DNA from: Octopus sinensis
Lineage: Eukaryota
Length of the DNA: 64,000 nucleotides
Assembly (NCBI RefSeq): GCF_006345805.1
Contig: NC_043024.1
Location: 6,324,001 to 6,388,000 of the forward strand
Reading direction: 5' to 3'
The notes beneath the pieces were generated by a model. The model saw only the letters and a program-made list of their open reading frames with translations, was not told the DNA's origin and searched no databases. Shown here one piece after another: positions 38,271 to 51,943 of this stretch. The translations under genes and the position numbers were made by a program. The number at the start of each line of letters is the position of its first letter. The first letter of the stretch is position 1.

Positions 38271-38534
38271 GCTCACCAATACATAATGCATATTATATAG
38301 ACATAATGTCTATACATTTGTGGAATGATGACATCAGCAATTACAGAAACATCTTGACCTGAATCTTAACTACCTTCTACACACCTAAGTACACACATAT
38401 ACACACACATATTTAAGAAACTACCATAACAGCAATTAAAAAAAAAACTCTCTGAATACACATACTAACACGCACACACACACACACACAAATATACATG
38501 AATTTATATATATATATATATACATACACATAAA

Positions 38535-38730
38535 GACGAGCTGACAGAATCGTTAGCATGCTGGGTGAAATGCTTAGCAGTATGTCGCTATGTTCTGAGT
38601 TCAAATTCCGTCGAAGTCAACCTTGCCTTTGAACCTTTTGGGGTCGATAAATTAAGTACCAGTGAAAAACTTGGGTCGATGTAATCAACTAGTCCCCTCC
38701 CTACAACTTTCAGGACTTGTGCCCTTAGTA
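38535..38730 (+). mobile_element. tRNA-derived SINE type B
   Basis: GACGAGCTGACAGAATCGTTAGCA...GAGTTCAAATTCC...GGGGTCGATAAATTAAGTACCAG. Confidence 0.8.
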
Positions 38731-38849
38731 AAAAGGACAGATGTATATATAAGCAGAATAGCTAGTTGTAAAATCTCAAGAACAGATCAGAATAGTAACT
38801 ATACTAACGAGTAAAGTTAATTGCCACACCAAAGTGGCTGTTCCATGTT

Positions 38850-39310
38850 ACTACTAGTTTAACCCCAGGCAGATCTTCCACCAGCTGGTTATTGGTATGA
38901 CACTGCATATATATATGCTTGAGGAGACCTATTGAGACAAGTACATCAACATCAAAATAAAAATCAAATGGAAATTGTAGTTGTGGTACCCGTGCTGGTG
39001 GCACGTAAAAAGCACCATCCAAATGTGGCCGATGCCAGCACTGCCTTGGCTGGTGTCCATGCCGGTGACGCGTAAAAAGCACCAACCGATGGTGGCCATT
39101 TACCAGCCTCAGCTGGACTTGTGCCGGTGGCACGTAAAAAGCACCCACTACACTCATGAAGTGGCTGGCGTTAGAAAGGGCATCAAGCTGTAGAAACATT
39201 GCCAGATCAGACTGGAGCCTGGTGCAGCCTCCTGGCTTCCCAGACCCCGATCAAACCGTCCAACCCATGCTAGCATGGAAAACGGACGTTAAAGAATGAT
39301 GATGATGATG
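38850..39310 (+). mobile_element. RTE LINE 3' UTR copy
   Basis: Homologous to 43330-43825. Confidence 0.8.
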
Positions 39311-39371
39311 ATATATATATATATACACACACACACACATGCATACATACATACATATATATATATGCATT

Positions 39372-39407
<36 letters not shown>

Positions 39408-39727
39408 ATAGATATATATTATGTTATAATATGTGTATATATATACACACACACATTTATATAATATATATATATACATTTAAGGGACAATTATTACATC
39501 AATTAAAAGAGTTACTTGAGCGATGAAGTGAATCACGTGACTTTTATATCTCTAAACACACACCCATTCATACATATGCACATATATCTAAGTACACGTA
39601 CACACACAATATACACATGGTTGATTGGTATCTTAGAGAGAAAACAAAGTGCCCGCAAGTATATTACTATAGCAAGGGCGTATAATACATACATCTATAT
39701 ATATATACATATATATATATATACATA

Positions 39728-39798
<71 letters not shown>

Positions 39799-40352
39799 TA
39801 TACATATATAATATGTATATATGTATGTATGTATGTATGTGTGTATACTACTTACAGAAATGCTCAAGTACTGACTTCTTCAGTGACAATTAGACAAACA
39901 AGAAGATGATCTTTTCCTTTGCTTAGTCAGCGGAAGGAAGGGCAATAAGCATGCCCTCTGACATTTCAGCAGAGGGCCTTAAAAACTGAAGGGTTGTTGT
40001 GGGAGAAAGGGAGGAAGACGCCATCACAACACATGGTTTACTCCAAAGTAAACAACATAAAATATTCAGCCATTTTTCTACTACAACACCTGTTTAGAAT
40101 ACATCGTATGTAGTGTACCCCACTAAAAGTACCCGAAATATTTATCATTTTTTAAATGTTTATTAGTCATTTATATTTAGCATTTCTAAATTCATTGGTC
40201 CCTTAATGCTACAAGAGCTCTGTACCTTCATCATCAGATGGTTGGCCTGAGGCAATAGTAGAAGGTGCTGCACAGTGGGACTGAACTCAGAACTATGTGG
40301 TTGGTAAGCAAACTTCTTACAACATACCCATGCCCACTTCCATCATAATAAT

Positions 40353-40444
<92 letters not shown>

Positions 40445-40466
40445 CATACATAGCAACATAATATAT

Positions 40467-40514
<48 letters not shown>

Positions 40515-40561
40515 TGTATATAAATACATATATATATGTATACATATATATATATGTACAA

Positions 40562-40652
<91 letters not shown>

Positions 40653-40744
40653 ATATATATTACCATATATATAATATATATATATATATGTATACATATA
40701 ATATATATATGATTGCAACACTAACTGATTTGCAACACTAACTT

Positions 40745-43700
40745 CAGGAAACCTACCAGCCACCTAGTCACTTACAATCGGGCCAACATACCAGCCAAAT
40801 TGACTACATCCTTACAAGGCAAAGGGAGAGATGGCTGCTTATAAATGCCAAACATTCCCAGGTGAAGAATGTACCCCACAACATAGACTGGTAGTTAGTG
40901 ACTTTAGGATCAGGACTAGGAGGACAACCAGAAGACGACAAATATGGAGAAGAGAAGGATCTGGAAGCTTAAAGATCTGCAAATGGACAGAGATTTAGGG
41001 ACAGATTACTTGAAGCCTCTGACGAAGTAGAAGGGGATAGAGCATCACAGGGGGTAGAAGACAGCTGGACGTTTCTAAGGGACAACCTGCTGAGAGCCAC
41101 TGACCAGATCTGTGGCTGGTGCAAAGTCCCCTCCGATCACCTAGAAAACGTGGTGGTGGTGGAACAATATTGTAGACAGGGCTATTAGAAAAAGAGACAG
41201 GCTTGGAAGGTCTGGAAAAATGGGGGTAGCAAGGGATTGTATCAGACTGCGCCAAAGAGAAGCTAGGAGACAGGTTTATTTAGCCAGAGGGGAAGCAGAT
41301 AAGAAAAAATTTGCCAATGTCCTGCGCCGTGAGGACCAAAGACTGGAGGTGTTTCGTGTTGCAAGACAGTGTGTGAGAGAGAATCATGATGTGGTAGGAG
41401 AGAAGTGTGTTCGCATGGAAGATGGTTCACTTGCGCTAAATGAGGATGCAAAGAGAGAGGTTTGGAGATGCCACTATGAAAGGTTGCTGAATGAAGAAAA
41501 TGAATGGGATAAAGAGAGTCTGCCGAATGTTGACCCAACAGAGGGACCAGCTATCCGAGTGATAGTTCCGTGGTAGCTAAGGCAATTAGAAGCATGAAGA
41601 CAGGGAAAGCCCCAGGCCCATCAGGAATCACTGCAGAGATGCTCAAAATGTCTGGTAGTGTCGGCTATAGCCTAGTCACCCGTATATAGTTAATCAGGTG
41701 ATACACAAAGGGGTCATACCCAATGACTGGTGTAGCAGTATAATAGTCAACTGCTACAAAGGTAAAGGTGATGCCCTAGATACAAATAACTACAGAGGTA
41801 TCAAGCTGTTGGACCAGGTGATGAAGGTTACGGAGAGGGTCATAGCCCAACTAATTAGAGAGAGAGTTAGTTTTAGATGAGATGCAGTTTGGGTTGTGCC
41901 AGGGAAAAGTACTACTGATGCTATATTCCTGGTAAGAAGGCAGCTGCAGGACAAATACCTAGCCAAAGATAGGCCCCTGTACCTGGCTTTTGTTGACATG
42001 GAGAAAGCCTTCGACAGGGTCCCCCGATCCCTTATCTGGTGGGCAATGAGGAAACTAGGGATAGATGAATGGTTAGTGAGAGCTGTGTGGGCCATGTACA
42101 GGGACGCGCTAGTAGGGTGAGGGTTGGAAATGTGTACAGTGAAGAATTCCGGGTAGAGGTAGGAGTCCACCAAGGCTCAGTACTCAGCCCCCTCCTATTT
42201 ATCATAGTCCTCCAGGCAATAACGGAGGAATTCAAGACAGGATGCCCTTGGGAGCTCCTCTATGCTGATGACCTTGCTCTAATTGCTGAGTCGCTATCAG
42301 AACTGGAGGAGAAGTTCAGGTGTGGAAACAAGGATTAGAATCGAAGGGCCTCAGAGTCAATCTAGCTAAAACCAAAGTCGTAATCAGTAGGAAGGTAGAC
42401 AAATCACAAACACCTTCAGGTAGATGGCCTGCTCGATCTGTAGAAAAGGTGTAGGTAGAAACTCTATAAGATGCACCAAGTGTAAGCTATGGACACATAA
42501 GAGGTGCAGCAATGTCAAAGTCAAAAACGAAGGCTAACTAGGAAGATGGTTTTTGTATGTGGCAGATGCTCAGGAACAATAAACACTGAAAATGCTCTGA
42601 GACCAACTTCCGTCACTTTCCAGGGAGAAAAACTAGAAATAGTTGAGTTTTCCGTTACCTAGGTGACCAAGTCAGCAGCGGGGGCGGGTGTGCTGAAAGT
42701 GTAACTGCTAGAGTAAGAATAGCTTGGGCAAAGTTCAGAGAGCTCTTACCTCTGTGGTGACAAAAGGCCTCTCGCACAGAGTGAAAGGCAGACTGTATGA
42801 TGCGTGTGTACGAACAGCCATGCTACATGGCAGTGAAACATGGGCCGTGACTGCTGAGGATATGCGTAAGCTCGCTAGAAATGAAGCCAGTATGCTCCGA
42901 TGGATGTGTAATGCCGGTACTCACACTCGGCGAGTGTATGTAAGTACTTGAGAGAAAAGCTGGACCTAAGAAGCATCAGTTGTGGTGTGCAAGAGAGACG
43001 TTTGCGCTGGTATGGTCATGTGGCGAGAATGGATGAAGATAGTTGTGTGAAAAAGTGCCACACCCTAGCGGTTGAGGGAACCTGTGGAAGAGGCAGACCC
43101 AGGAAAACCTGGGACGAGGTGGTGAAGCACGACCTTCGAACTTTAGGTCTCACTAAGGAAATGACTAGAGACCGAGACCTCTGGAAGTGTGCTGTGCGCG
43201 AGAAGACCCGGCAGGACAAGTGAGTCCATAACACCGTGGCCTTCTACATGGGATGGAGCCAGCCTACGTATGCATACCTTCCCTTCTTGGGACACAAAAC
43301 TCTACTTGTGAAGACGTGTTGAGGCAAGTGAGGATCAGAATCGAAATCGATCAATGGATATTGCGGATGTGCTACCAGTGCCGGTGGCATGTCAAAACTC
43401 TGCTTGTGAAGACCCATTGAGGCAAGTGACGATCAGAATCGAAATCGATCAATGGAAATTGCAGATGTGTTACCCAGTGCCGGGGCATGTAAGAGAACTT
43501 TCCGTTTCGCGACCGTTGCCAGCACCGCCCCGTTTCGTGTCCGTTGCCAGCCTCGCCTGGCCCCCGTGCCGGTGGCACATAAAAAGTACCATCCGTTCGT
43601 GGCCGTTTGCCAGCTCTGTCTGGCACCAGTGCGGGTGGCACGTAAAAAGCACCCACTACACTCACGGAGTGGTTGGCGTTAGGAAGGGCATCCAGCCGTA

Positions 43701-43825
43701 GAAACACTGCCAGATTTGACTGGGCCTGATTAAGCCTTCTGGCTTCACAGCCCCAGTAGAACCGTCCAACCCATGCTAGCATGGAAAACGGACGCTAAAC
43801 GATGATGATGAGATGATGATGATAT
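40745..43825 (+). mobile_element. 5'-truncated RTE-clade LINE: end of AP endonuclease, RT, C-terminus, long 3' UTR, (GAT)n tail; many frameshifts
   Basis: SQIDYIL..GEECTPQHRLVVSDF (APE end); YKGKGDALDTNNYRGIKLL; AFVDMEKAFDRVP; GVHQGSVLSPLLF; ELLYADDLALI; RLRWYGHVARM..GRPRKTWDEVV..EKTRQDK* (43221-43223). Confidence 0.95.
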
Positions 43826-43905
43826 ATATATCATATATATACATATATATATATGTATATATCTATATACATATATATATATTATACATATAATATTATA
43901 AATAT

Positions 43906-43946
<41 letters not shown>

Positions 43947-43959
43947 CTAAAGCAAATCA

Positions 43960-44370
43960 TCATTAACATCCGTTTTCCATGCTAGCATGGGTTGGACAGT
44001 TTTGACTGAGGACTGGCAACCAGATGGCTGCATCAGGCTCCAGTCTTGATCTGGCAGAGTTTCTACAGCTGGATGCCCTTCCTAATGCCAACCACTCCGA
44101 GAGTGTAGTGGGTGCTTTTTACGTGCCACCTGCATAGGGCCCAGGCAGGCGGTACTGGCAATGACCTCAATTGAATCTTTTTACACGTGCCACCGACACA
44201 GGTGCCAGTAAAGCGGCAATGGTAACGATCACGCTCGAATGGTGCACATTTACGTGCCACGGGTACGCAAGCCAGTTGGCTGCTCTGGCAACGATCATGC
44301 TCGGATGGTGTTCTTGGCACCCTACTAGCACAGGCATAAGTGCCAGTAAGTACTCTTTGCACCATATGAG
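43960..44370 (-). mobile_element. RTE LINE 3' UTR copy, tail-to-tail with the preceding element
   Basis: Reverse-complement homology to 43500-43810. Confidence 0.8.
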
Positions 44371-44454
44371 CACCATATATATATATATATATATATATTA
44401 TATACACACACACATACATATACACATACATGCACATGTATGTATGTATTATAT

Positions 44455-44663
44455 ATATTCTTTTATTCTATTACCTGTTTCAGCCATTTGACTGTGGGTA
44501 TGCTGGAGCACCACCTTTAGTTGAACAAATTGCCCCCCAGGACTTATTTTTGTAAGCCCAGTGCTTATTCTATCAGCTTCTTGCCGAACTGTTAAGTTGC
44601 GGTGACATAAACAATCCAACATCAGTTGTCAAGTGATGGAAACACAGACACACAAAAATACAT

Positions 44664-44700
<37 letters not shown>

Positions 44701-44860
44701 CGACAGGCTTCTTTCAGTTTCCATCAACCAAATCCACTCACAAGGCTTTGGTTAGCCTGGGGCTACACCAGATGACACTTTACCTAAGGTGTCACACAGG
44801 GGGACTGAACCTAGAACCATGTGATTGGGAATTAAGCTTCTTAGCACACAGACATGCCTG
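44455..44860 (-). mobile_element. tRNA-derived SINE type A (diverged)
   Basis: Homology to 58323-58740 (rc). Confidence 0.75.
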
Positions 44861-45904
44861 TGCCTATAATATATATTATATATGTATGTGTGTATGTATG
44901 TGTGTGTATGTGTGTGTGCGTTCGTGTTTGTCCTCCCTGTCACCTGAGAGCCAGTGTTGGTTTGTATACATCCCTGAAACTTAGCAATTCAACGAAAAGC
45001 CATTAGAATTTTGAGTAAGTACTAAACTTTAAAAAGAAAAAAGAAATACCAGAGTCAGTTTGTTTAACCAAATGCTTCAAGACAGCACTCCAACATGGCC
45101 ACATTCCAATGGAAGATAGAATGTAGAAGATTGACATTAACTGTCTGAGGCATGTTCTGTGGTTTGTCAGTTCATAGTTTTATGTAACTGAGAAGGTTTT
45201 TCATTCTGCTTTTACCATAAAATAACCTAACTATGAGCTTGTGGTTAGGTGTGATTCATGTTGTACTCTGCTTAATGAGGTTTCTCTTCCCATAGAACAC
45301 TCATCCAGAGTATATAACCAGGGTGTATCTAAATTTCCATTCACTACATTAGGAAACCTCATGTGAAAAAGAAAAAGAAAACATTAGTTAATAATACCCT
45401 AATAGATTAATATATTAAGAGGCCAAGTCATGGAATGTACAAATTCACCCACACCACTAAAAACACACAGACTATGTAAATTGGTTTTCAAATTTTGGCA
45501 CAAGGTCAACAATTTTGAGGGGAGAAATTGGTTGTTTATATTGATGCCAGTGTTTCATTGGAACAAATTTTATCCCCCCGAAAGGATAAAAGACAAAGTT
45601 GACCTTGGTAGAGTTTGAACTCAGAATGTAAAAGCAGATGAAACACCGTTAAGTGTTTTGTTCAGTGTGCTAATGATTCTGCCAGCTCTGCTTTCTACTA
45701 TGGGCCCATGGTCTGAAATAGGCGCAGGATTGACAGTGTGGTAAGTAGCTTTCTTACCAACCCCATGGTTCCGAGTTCATTCCCATTATGTGGCACCATG
45801 GGCAAGTATTTTCTACTATAGCCTCGGGCCGACCAATGCCTTGTGAGTGGATTTGGTAGATGGAAACTGAAAGAAGCCTGTCATATATATGTATATATAT
45901 ATGT

Positions 45905-46200
45905 GAGGTTGTGAGTTCAATTCCCGGACCGGGTTGCTTGTTGTGTTCTTGATCAAGACACTTTATTTCACGTTGCTCCAGTTCCCTCAGCTGTAGAAAT
46001 GAGTTGCGACATCACAGGTGCCAAGCTGTATCCGCTATTGCCTTTCCCTTGGATAACATTGGTGGCTTGGAGAGGGGAGGCTGGTATGCATGGGCGACTG
46101 CTGGTCTTCCATAAACAACCTTGCTCGGACTTGTGCCTGGGGGGTAACTTCCTAGGTGCAATCCCAAGGTCAGTCATGACTGAAGGGGTTCTCAGCGACT
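45905..46200 (+). mobile_element. tRNA-derived SINE, fourth family, head partly missing
   Basis: B-box GAGTTCAATTCC, then GTGTTCTTGATCAAGACACTTTATTTCACGTTGCTCCAGT, shared with the 13050-13140 family, and a distinct body. Confidence 0.55.
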
Positions 46201-46323
46201 CATGTCAGCAGGACAGCTGACCTGTAAGACGGTACGTACTTTTTCTTGTTTGTTCCAAAGAAATGTGTATATGAGTGTGTATGTGCGCATAAGTGTGTAT
46301 GTATGTATATATCCGGGAGTGTT

Positions 46324-46360
<37 letters not shown>

Positions 46361-46854
46361 GAAGTTATATAATGTTTTGATAACTTCCCCCCTCGACCAC
46401 CCACTTATCCTTTTGTCACTCCTGATTCAAAAGGATTTCAAGTCATGTGTAATTAGTTAATTGTGACTTAATGAAAGTGTCCGTGTGGGTATATGTGTAT
46501 GTGTATATATGTATATATATGCCTGTATATATGTATATATGCATGCATATTTGCATATATATGTATATATGTATGTATTCATATATGTATGTATATATGC
46601 CTGCACATATGTGTGCATGTATGTATGTGTGAATATGTCCCTACATATATATGTATGTATGTATTCATTGTTGTATAGTGTGAGGTATTTCATACAAGCT
46701 TGAAGTTCAAAAATGTATTGGGAGCAATATACAAGGATGTAAAAAATGGGCATGTATGTAGATATGTATGCATGTGTGTGTATGTGTCTGTGTATATATG
46801 TGAATATATATATGTGTGTATGTGCATGTGTATGTATGTATGTATGTATGTATG

Positions 46855-46901
<47 letters not shown>

Positions 46902-46919
46902 TATATATATAATAATAAA

Positions 46920-47330
46920 TATTAGGAATAAATCCAAATTTACAGGGAAAAAATCAGATTTAGGATTAAATCGATTTATAGTAAAATATTCTAAAATATT
47001 ATTCGAGACAAAACCACTATTTTGCAAAACAAACAAGGAAAGACTTAATCAATACCTAAAATTTTAATAAATAGTCAAAAAACCGAGCCACTAACATCGT
47101 TTCTTGTCTTATCGCCATCTTCAGGTGGACTTCCAATAATTCAGTGTCAATTTATATATATATATATAACGGGAGTAAGCACATAAATGTAAATATGAAA
47201 CAAGGTGGAAAAAAAGAGTACTGAAATACCAGAGGTAGAGTAATATGCTTTATTTAAAGGCAGCAGAAATATAACAAAAGCTATTACTCAGAGTTTCACA
47301 TTCCCGTTTGCCGGACAGTTTTGTTAACAA
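46920..47330 (-). mobile_element. Two Penelope-like terminal repeat fragments with decayed hammerheads
   Basis: Minus: CCAC-CTGAAGA-TGGCGATAAGACAA-GAAA-CGATGT-TA-GTGG (about 47090-47132) and CTGT-CCGGCAA-ACG(GGAA)TGT-GAAA-CTCTGAG-TA-ATAG (47281-47318). 47165-47250 recurs at 57785-57865. Confidence 0.5.
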
Positions 47331-47404
47331 ATAAAAAAATATATATATATACACACTAGCTTAAAAGTCTCCCTATCATGTGACTTTTGAGCTAGTATAC
47401 AGCT

Positions 47405-47540
47405 TTTAAGTAACTAACCCCGAACAGGAAGATCTGCAACAGATCCCTGATTAGTTTTGGAGAATTTGTTGCGATTGCTTCCTCCAGAGTCATATCCCAA
47501 TAATGGTCATATTCTGTGGCAAAAAATCATGTAAAAAAAT
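47405..47540 (-). pseudogene. Helitron RepHel fragment (linker before the helicase)
   Basis: YDHYWDMTLEEAIATNSPKLIRDLLQIFLF resembles the ND.HW..TL.EA....P..LR.LF segment. Confidence 0.6.
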
Positions 47541-48045
47541 TGCCATATACAATCGCAGTAATGAAAACATAGGAATCCAAAATTTCAGGATTGCAGGTCC
47601 GGATTCAGCCCGGATTCTTTTTAATTTACTCATGGAGTCCACCTAATTCCAAAATGGTATGATATGTTGGGTTACGGCTTCTAAGAGTTGAAAAAGTTGA
47701 AAAAGTGTGACACACTGATACACTGACAATATCATCTATTATATCATATTATATTATTACATTATATTAAGGGGGCGAGCTGGCAAAATCATTAGCATGT
47801 TGGGCAAAATGCTTAGTGGTATTTCATCTGCTGTTAGGTTTTAAATTTGTATTTTGCCAAAGTCAACTTTGCTTTCATCCTTTCGGGGTAAAATTAGTAC
47901 CAGTCATGTTCTGGGGGTTGATGTAATTGACTTAATCCCTTCTCCCAAAATTTGAGGTCTTGTGCTTCCAGGAGAAGGGATTTATTAAAGTTGAAAAAGT
48001 GTGATACACTGACATTCACATTTATCATATTGTATGAGGAACTGC

Positions 48046-48369
48046 ATTGAGGTAAATATTCTCACTGGTTGTGGTAAAGGTGACACCATCTTCATTCCTT
48101 GCATACCAGTTATACCATCTAATGTCCCATTCCAATTTAAGTGGTTACAGTTTCCTATCTGAGTTTGTTTTGCCATCAGCATTAATAAAAGTCAGGGCCA
48201 AACACTAAAAGTTGCTGGATTGCGACTTGAAGACCCATGCTTTTCACATGGCCAATTTTATGTAGAGACATCATGTGTGGGAGCCAAAGCAAATCTTTTT
48301 GCTTATACACCCCGAAATAAAACAAAACACATTGTTAATAAAGAAATATTCACTCTTTATGCAACATGA
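48046..48369 (+). pseudogene. Helitron PIF1-type helicase C-terminal fragment
   Basis: ILTGCGKGDTIFIPCIP..PFQFKWLQFPI*VCFAISINKSQGQTLKVAGLRLEDPCFSHGQFYV; one in-frame TGA at 48160-48162. Confidence 0.9.
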
Positions 48370-48904
48370 ATACTTTAATAACTTAATTTGCCATTTGTAT
48401 CGTTACATTCAAGAATGAGTAAATTAATCAATTTAAATGAAGCGTATTATATAATTGCCAATAGTGTATTGGTAGATAAAATACCACATACAACGCATTT
48501 ATTATTATCATATGATAAACAAACTGAAGTTCATGTATGAAATTGATCTTTTTTCTACTTCAGTTATTACATGTTTTTCTCTTATAAAATACAAACATAA
48601 AGGGGGAGTAAATTATATATAAAATAATACTTTGAATGTGGCTGCTGAGAAAGAGTTAAAGTAATTACCCAATCAGCGATGGGTATTACTGCTTGTACAT
48701 ATATATATGTGTGTGTGTGTATATATATATATATATTATATATATATATATATATAATACAATAGGCTTCTTTCAGTTTCTGTCAACCAAATCCAGGCTG
48801 TGGTCATCCTGAGGAGTAAAAGAAAGACACTTGCCCAAGGTGTCACGCAGTGGGACTGAACATGGAATCATGTGGTGGGGAAGTAAGCTTCTTACCACAT
48901 GTAG

Positions 48905-49085
48905 ATCGGTAGCCACTACACACTCATTATTTTCCCTTCTTGTTTTTTTCTGTGTCCCTTTCTGTAGAAGAGCGTAGGCTCGAAACGTTAAAGACTTTTT
49001 CAATTCCTGAGCATTATACTAATACATCTGTTTGTTTTCTACACCACCTGTCTTCGTCTTTTGTTTTTTTGTAAATTCTCCCTAT
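48905..49085 (+). mobile_element. Interspersed repeat (Penelope-like terminal repeat candidate) with hammerhead-like variant motif
   Basis: Same family at 34540-34705 and partially at 950-1045. Motif CTTT-CTGTAGA-A-GAGC(GTAG)GCTC-GAAA-CG-TT-AAAG at 48958-48993. Confidence 0.55.
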
Positions 49086-50287
49086 ACACACCTACACACA
49101 AACACACACACACACCACATATATATACATACACACACGTATATATAAACCTAGAAAAAACCCAGGTCTTTCTTAGAATATTGCTTGCTCTCTCTCTCCC
49201 TCTCACTCTCTCTCTCACCCTCTCACCCTCTCTCTCTCTCTCTCTCTCCCTCTCTCTGACTCTGGTTCTCCTTGCCCAATCTTTAGTGAAATACTTGAAA
49301 TACCTTCCATCATTTCACTTTAAAACTGTGAAACATCTAATTCACCTACATCCTCCTCTCATAACTTTCTCTCCCCCACTCTCTCTTTCTCCTTTACTCT
49401 TTCATTTTTGCTCTCTTCCCTCTCGTTTCCTCTTTTCCTCACTAGGTGGAGCTGAGGAAATCACACTACGCAGGAAATTCTCTTTTTACCCACAATATTA
49501 CACTTAAAAACTTACATCCTTCTCTCCGCACTCCTCTCCTCTTTCTCTCCCTCTTTCTCTCTCTCACTCTCTCTCTCTCTTTCTCTCACTTGCTCTTGCT
49601 TTCCTGCTTTCTCTGTCAGTCAGTCTGCCCGTCTGCCTGTCTGTCTCTTTCTCTATCTGTCTGATTGTCTCATGCCTTCTCTCTTTCTCTCTCTCTCTCT
49701 CTTCATTTCTCTATCTGTCTATCTATCTCTCTCCTTCTTTCTTTATCTTTCTGTCTGTCTGTTTCTCCCTCTCTCTCTCTTCCACCTCTCTCTCTCCTTC
49801 TCTCAAATACAAAACAATGACCTGGCAGAAACAGAAGATGAATTTTACTATTTTCAACTCAAACATCTTATTAGAAGAATGACTCAGTTTAGCCAGAACT
49901 TCCTGACAGGGGTTTCCTGGAATCCAGGTTCCACAAGAGGTCGTCAGTGGTTCTTCCCAGAAAAATTGATTAATGCTCTAATTATATATAAATGAACTTC
50001 AGTGTCAATTTTGTATTCAATTCTATTTTTCATCATTTATTGTTAATTTTATACTAGTTTCAGTTATTTGACTGTGGCCATGCTGGGGCACTGCCTTGAA
50101 GAGTTTGTTGTCAAACAAATCAATCGCAGGGCTTATCTTTTTAATGACTAGTACTTATTCTATCAGTCTCTTTTGCTGAACTGCTAAATTATGGGGATGT
50201 AAACACACCAACACCGGTTGTTAAGCAGTGGTGGGGGACAAACACAGACACAAAGCCACACACACATAGATATATATGTAGATATAT

Positions 50288-50450
50288 ATGAATGAGAAAG
50301 AAAGAAGAAACTGGAGAAATATAGACATCAGTTTATTCAAAGATATTCCAATTAATATAAGATGAAATTTCATTTTATATTGATTGGAATATCTTTGAAT
50401 AAACTGATGTCTGTACGTCACTTTCTCCATTTTCTTCTTTTCTCATTCAT
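50288..50450. repeat. Imperfect fold-back palindrome, ~80-bp arms
   Basis: ATGAATGAGAA..GACATCAGTTTATTCAAAGATATTCCAAT versus ATTGGAATATCTTTGAATAAACTGATGTC..TTCTCATTCAT. Confidence 0.9.
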
Positions 50451-50676
50451 GAATATTTAAATACTAATATACATCAATGCAAAACTAAAGTATTTCATTT
50501 CAACTGAACACTGGTATTAATTGGATTAATTATATATAGACATATATAGATATATATACGATGGGCTTCTTTCAGTTTCCAAGAGAAATGTGTGAGGTTA
50601 AGATGCAAGGTATAATATTTAAGAGAGAATAAGATCGACGAACAAAAATGGTAGATGTGTGAAGATATGGAATGTA

Positions 50677-51943
50677 TTAGGTTGGCAACTAAGTTACCAC
50701 TGTTTATTTAAATTTAAATTTTTTGAAAGGTTTAATAAAAAATAACAACTAATTAATCAATAATGTAATTCACCCTTGATGTTTACAACTTCTTCCCAAC
50801 GTTCAACAAGATTTTCAATACCTTCTTGGTAGAAATCACCCGATTTCGACTCATAAAATTGATCCAACCAAACTCTTAATTCTTCAACAGTATTGAACAA
50901 AACTCCATACATAGAATTTGAAAGAGATTGAAAGAGGTGGAAATCCGTTGGTGCCAAATCAGGAGAGTACGGCGGGTGTGGCAGCACTTCCCAGCCATGT
51001 GTTTGAATGGCTTCCTTGGTCATATTGGTGATATGAGGTGGGCGTTGTCGTGCAGCAGAAGAACTCCAAGCTGCCGATTAGGTCTTTACTCTTGAATAGC
51101 CATGTTGAGTCGTTCCATCTGTTGAACATAGAGTTCCGCATTGACCGTTTGGTTCCATTCAAGCAATTTGTAATGGATAGTCATTTCCCAGTCCCAACAT
51201 ACACACAACATCGTTTTTTGCGGATGAAGATCTTGCTTTACGCATGGTGTCGCTTGTTTATTGGGGCTAAGCCATTCCTTACGATGCTTCATATTGATGT
51301 ACAGGCACCATTTTTCGTTGCCATTAACGATTCGGTAAAGAAATCGTTGCTTGTGTTCATGAGTCGAGCGGTGACGAGCAAGTAAACCTGCGAGGATTGT
51401 GGCTCGTTGATTTTTGTTGTTGTCACTTAAAGCATGTGGAACTCATGCTCCATACTTCTGAACCTTTCTCATTGAGTGAAGATGCTTCTCTATAGCAGTG
51501 TGGGAGCATTCCATTTTCTCTGCCAGTTCCCTTGTCTTTTGACAAGAATTTTCATGCAAAGTTGGTTTAATTGCTCTTCATCGAACTCAACTGGACAGCC
51601 AGAATGAAGTGCATCTTTTGAGGTCAAAATTTCCATTTTTGAACTTGGCATACCAATCACGAGCAGTTCTTTCAGCTATGGCACCCTCTCCATACACAGT
51701 ATAAATGTTGCGAGCAACTTTTGCAGCCTTAGAACTTTGATTAAAAGCAAAAAGGAGGTGTCGAAAATACTTGTTTTTCTTAACTTGACATTCCATTTTA
51801 ATGATCTGAAAATAAACAAAAATTAACTAAAATTAACTAGAAAAAAAAAGAATGTAGATTCCAAAATGATTCAAGAATAGAATTCTCAACAAAAATAAAT
51901 TCCAAAATTTAAAAAAACGGTGGGAACTTAGTTGCCAGCCCAA
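50677..51943 (-). mobile_element. Full-length but frameshifted mariner (DD34D) element
   Basis: TA-flanked TIRs TTAGGTTGGCAACTAAGTT and (rc) TTGGGCTGGCAACTAAGTT. MECQVKKNKYFRHLLF N-terminus, LHPQKTMLCVCWD, LLHDNA, WEVLPHPPYSPDLAPTDFHLF. Confidence 0.93.
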
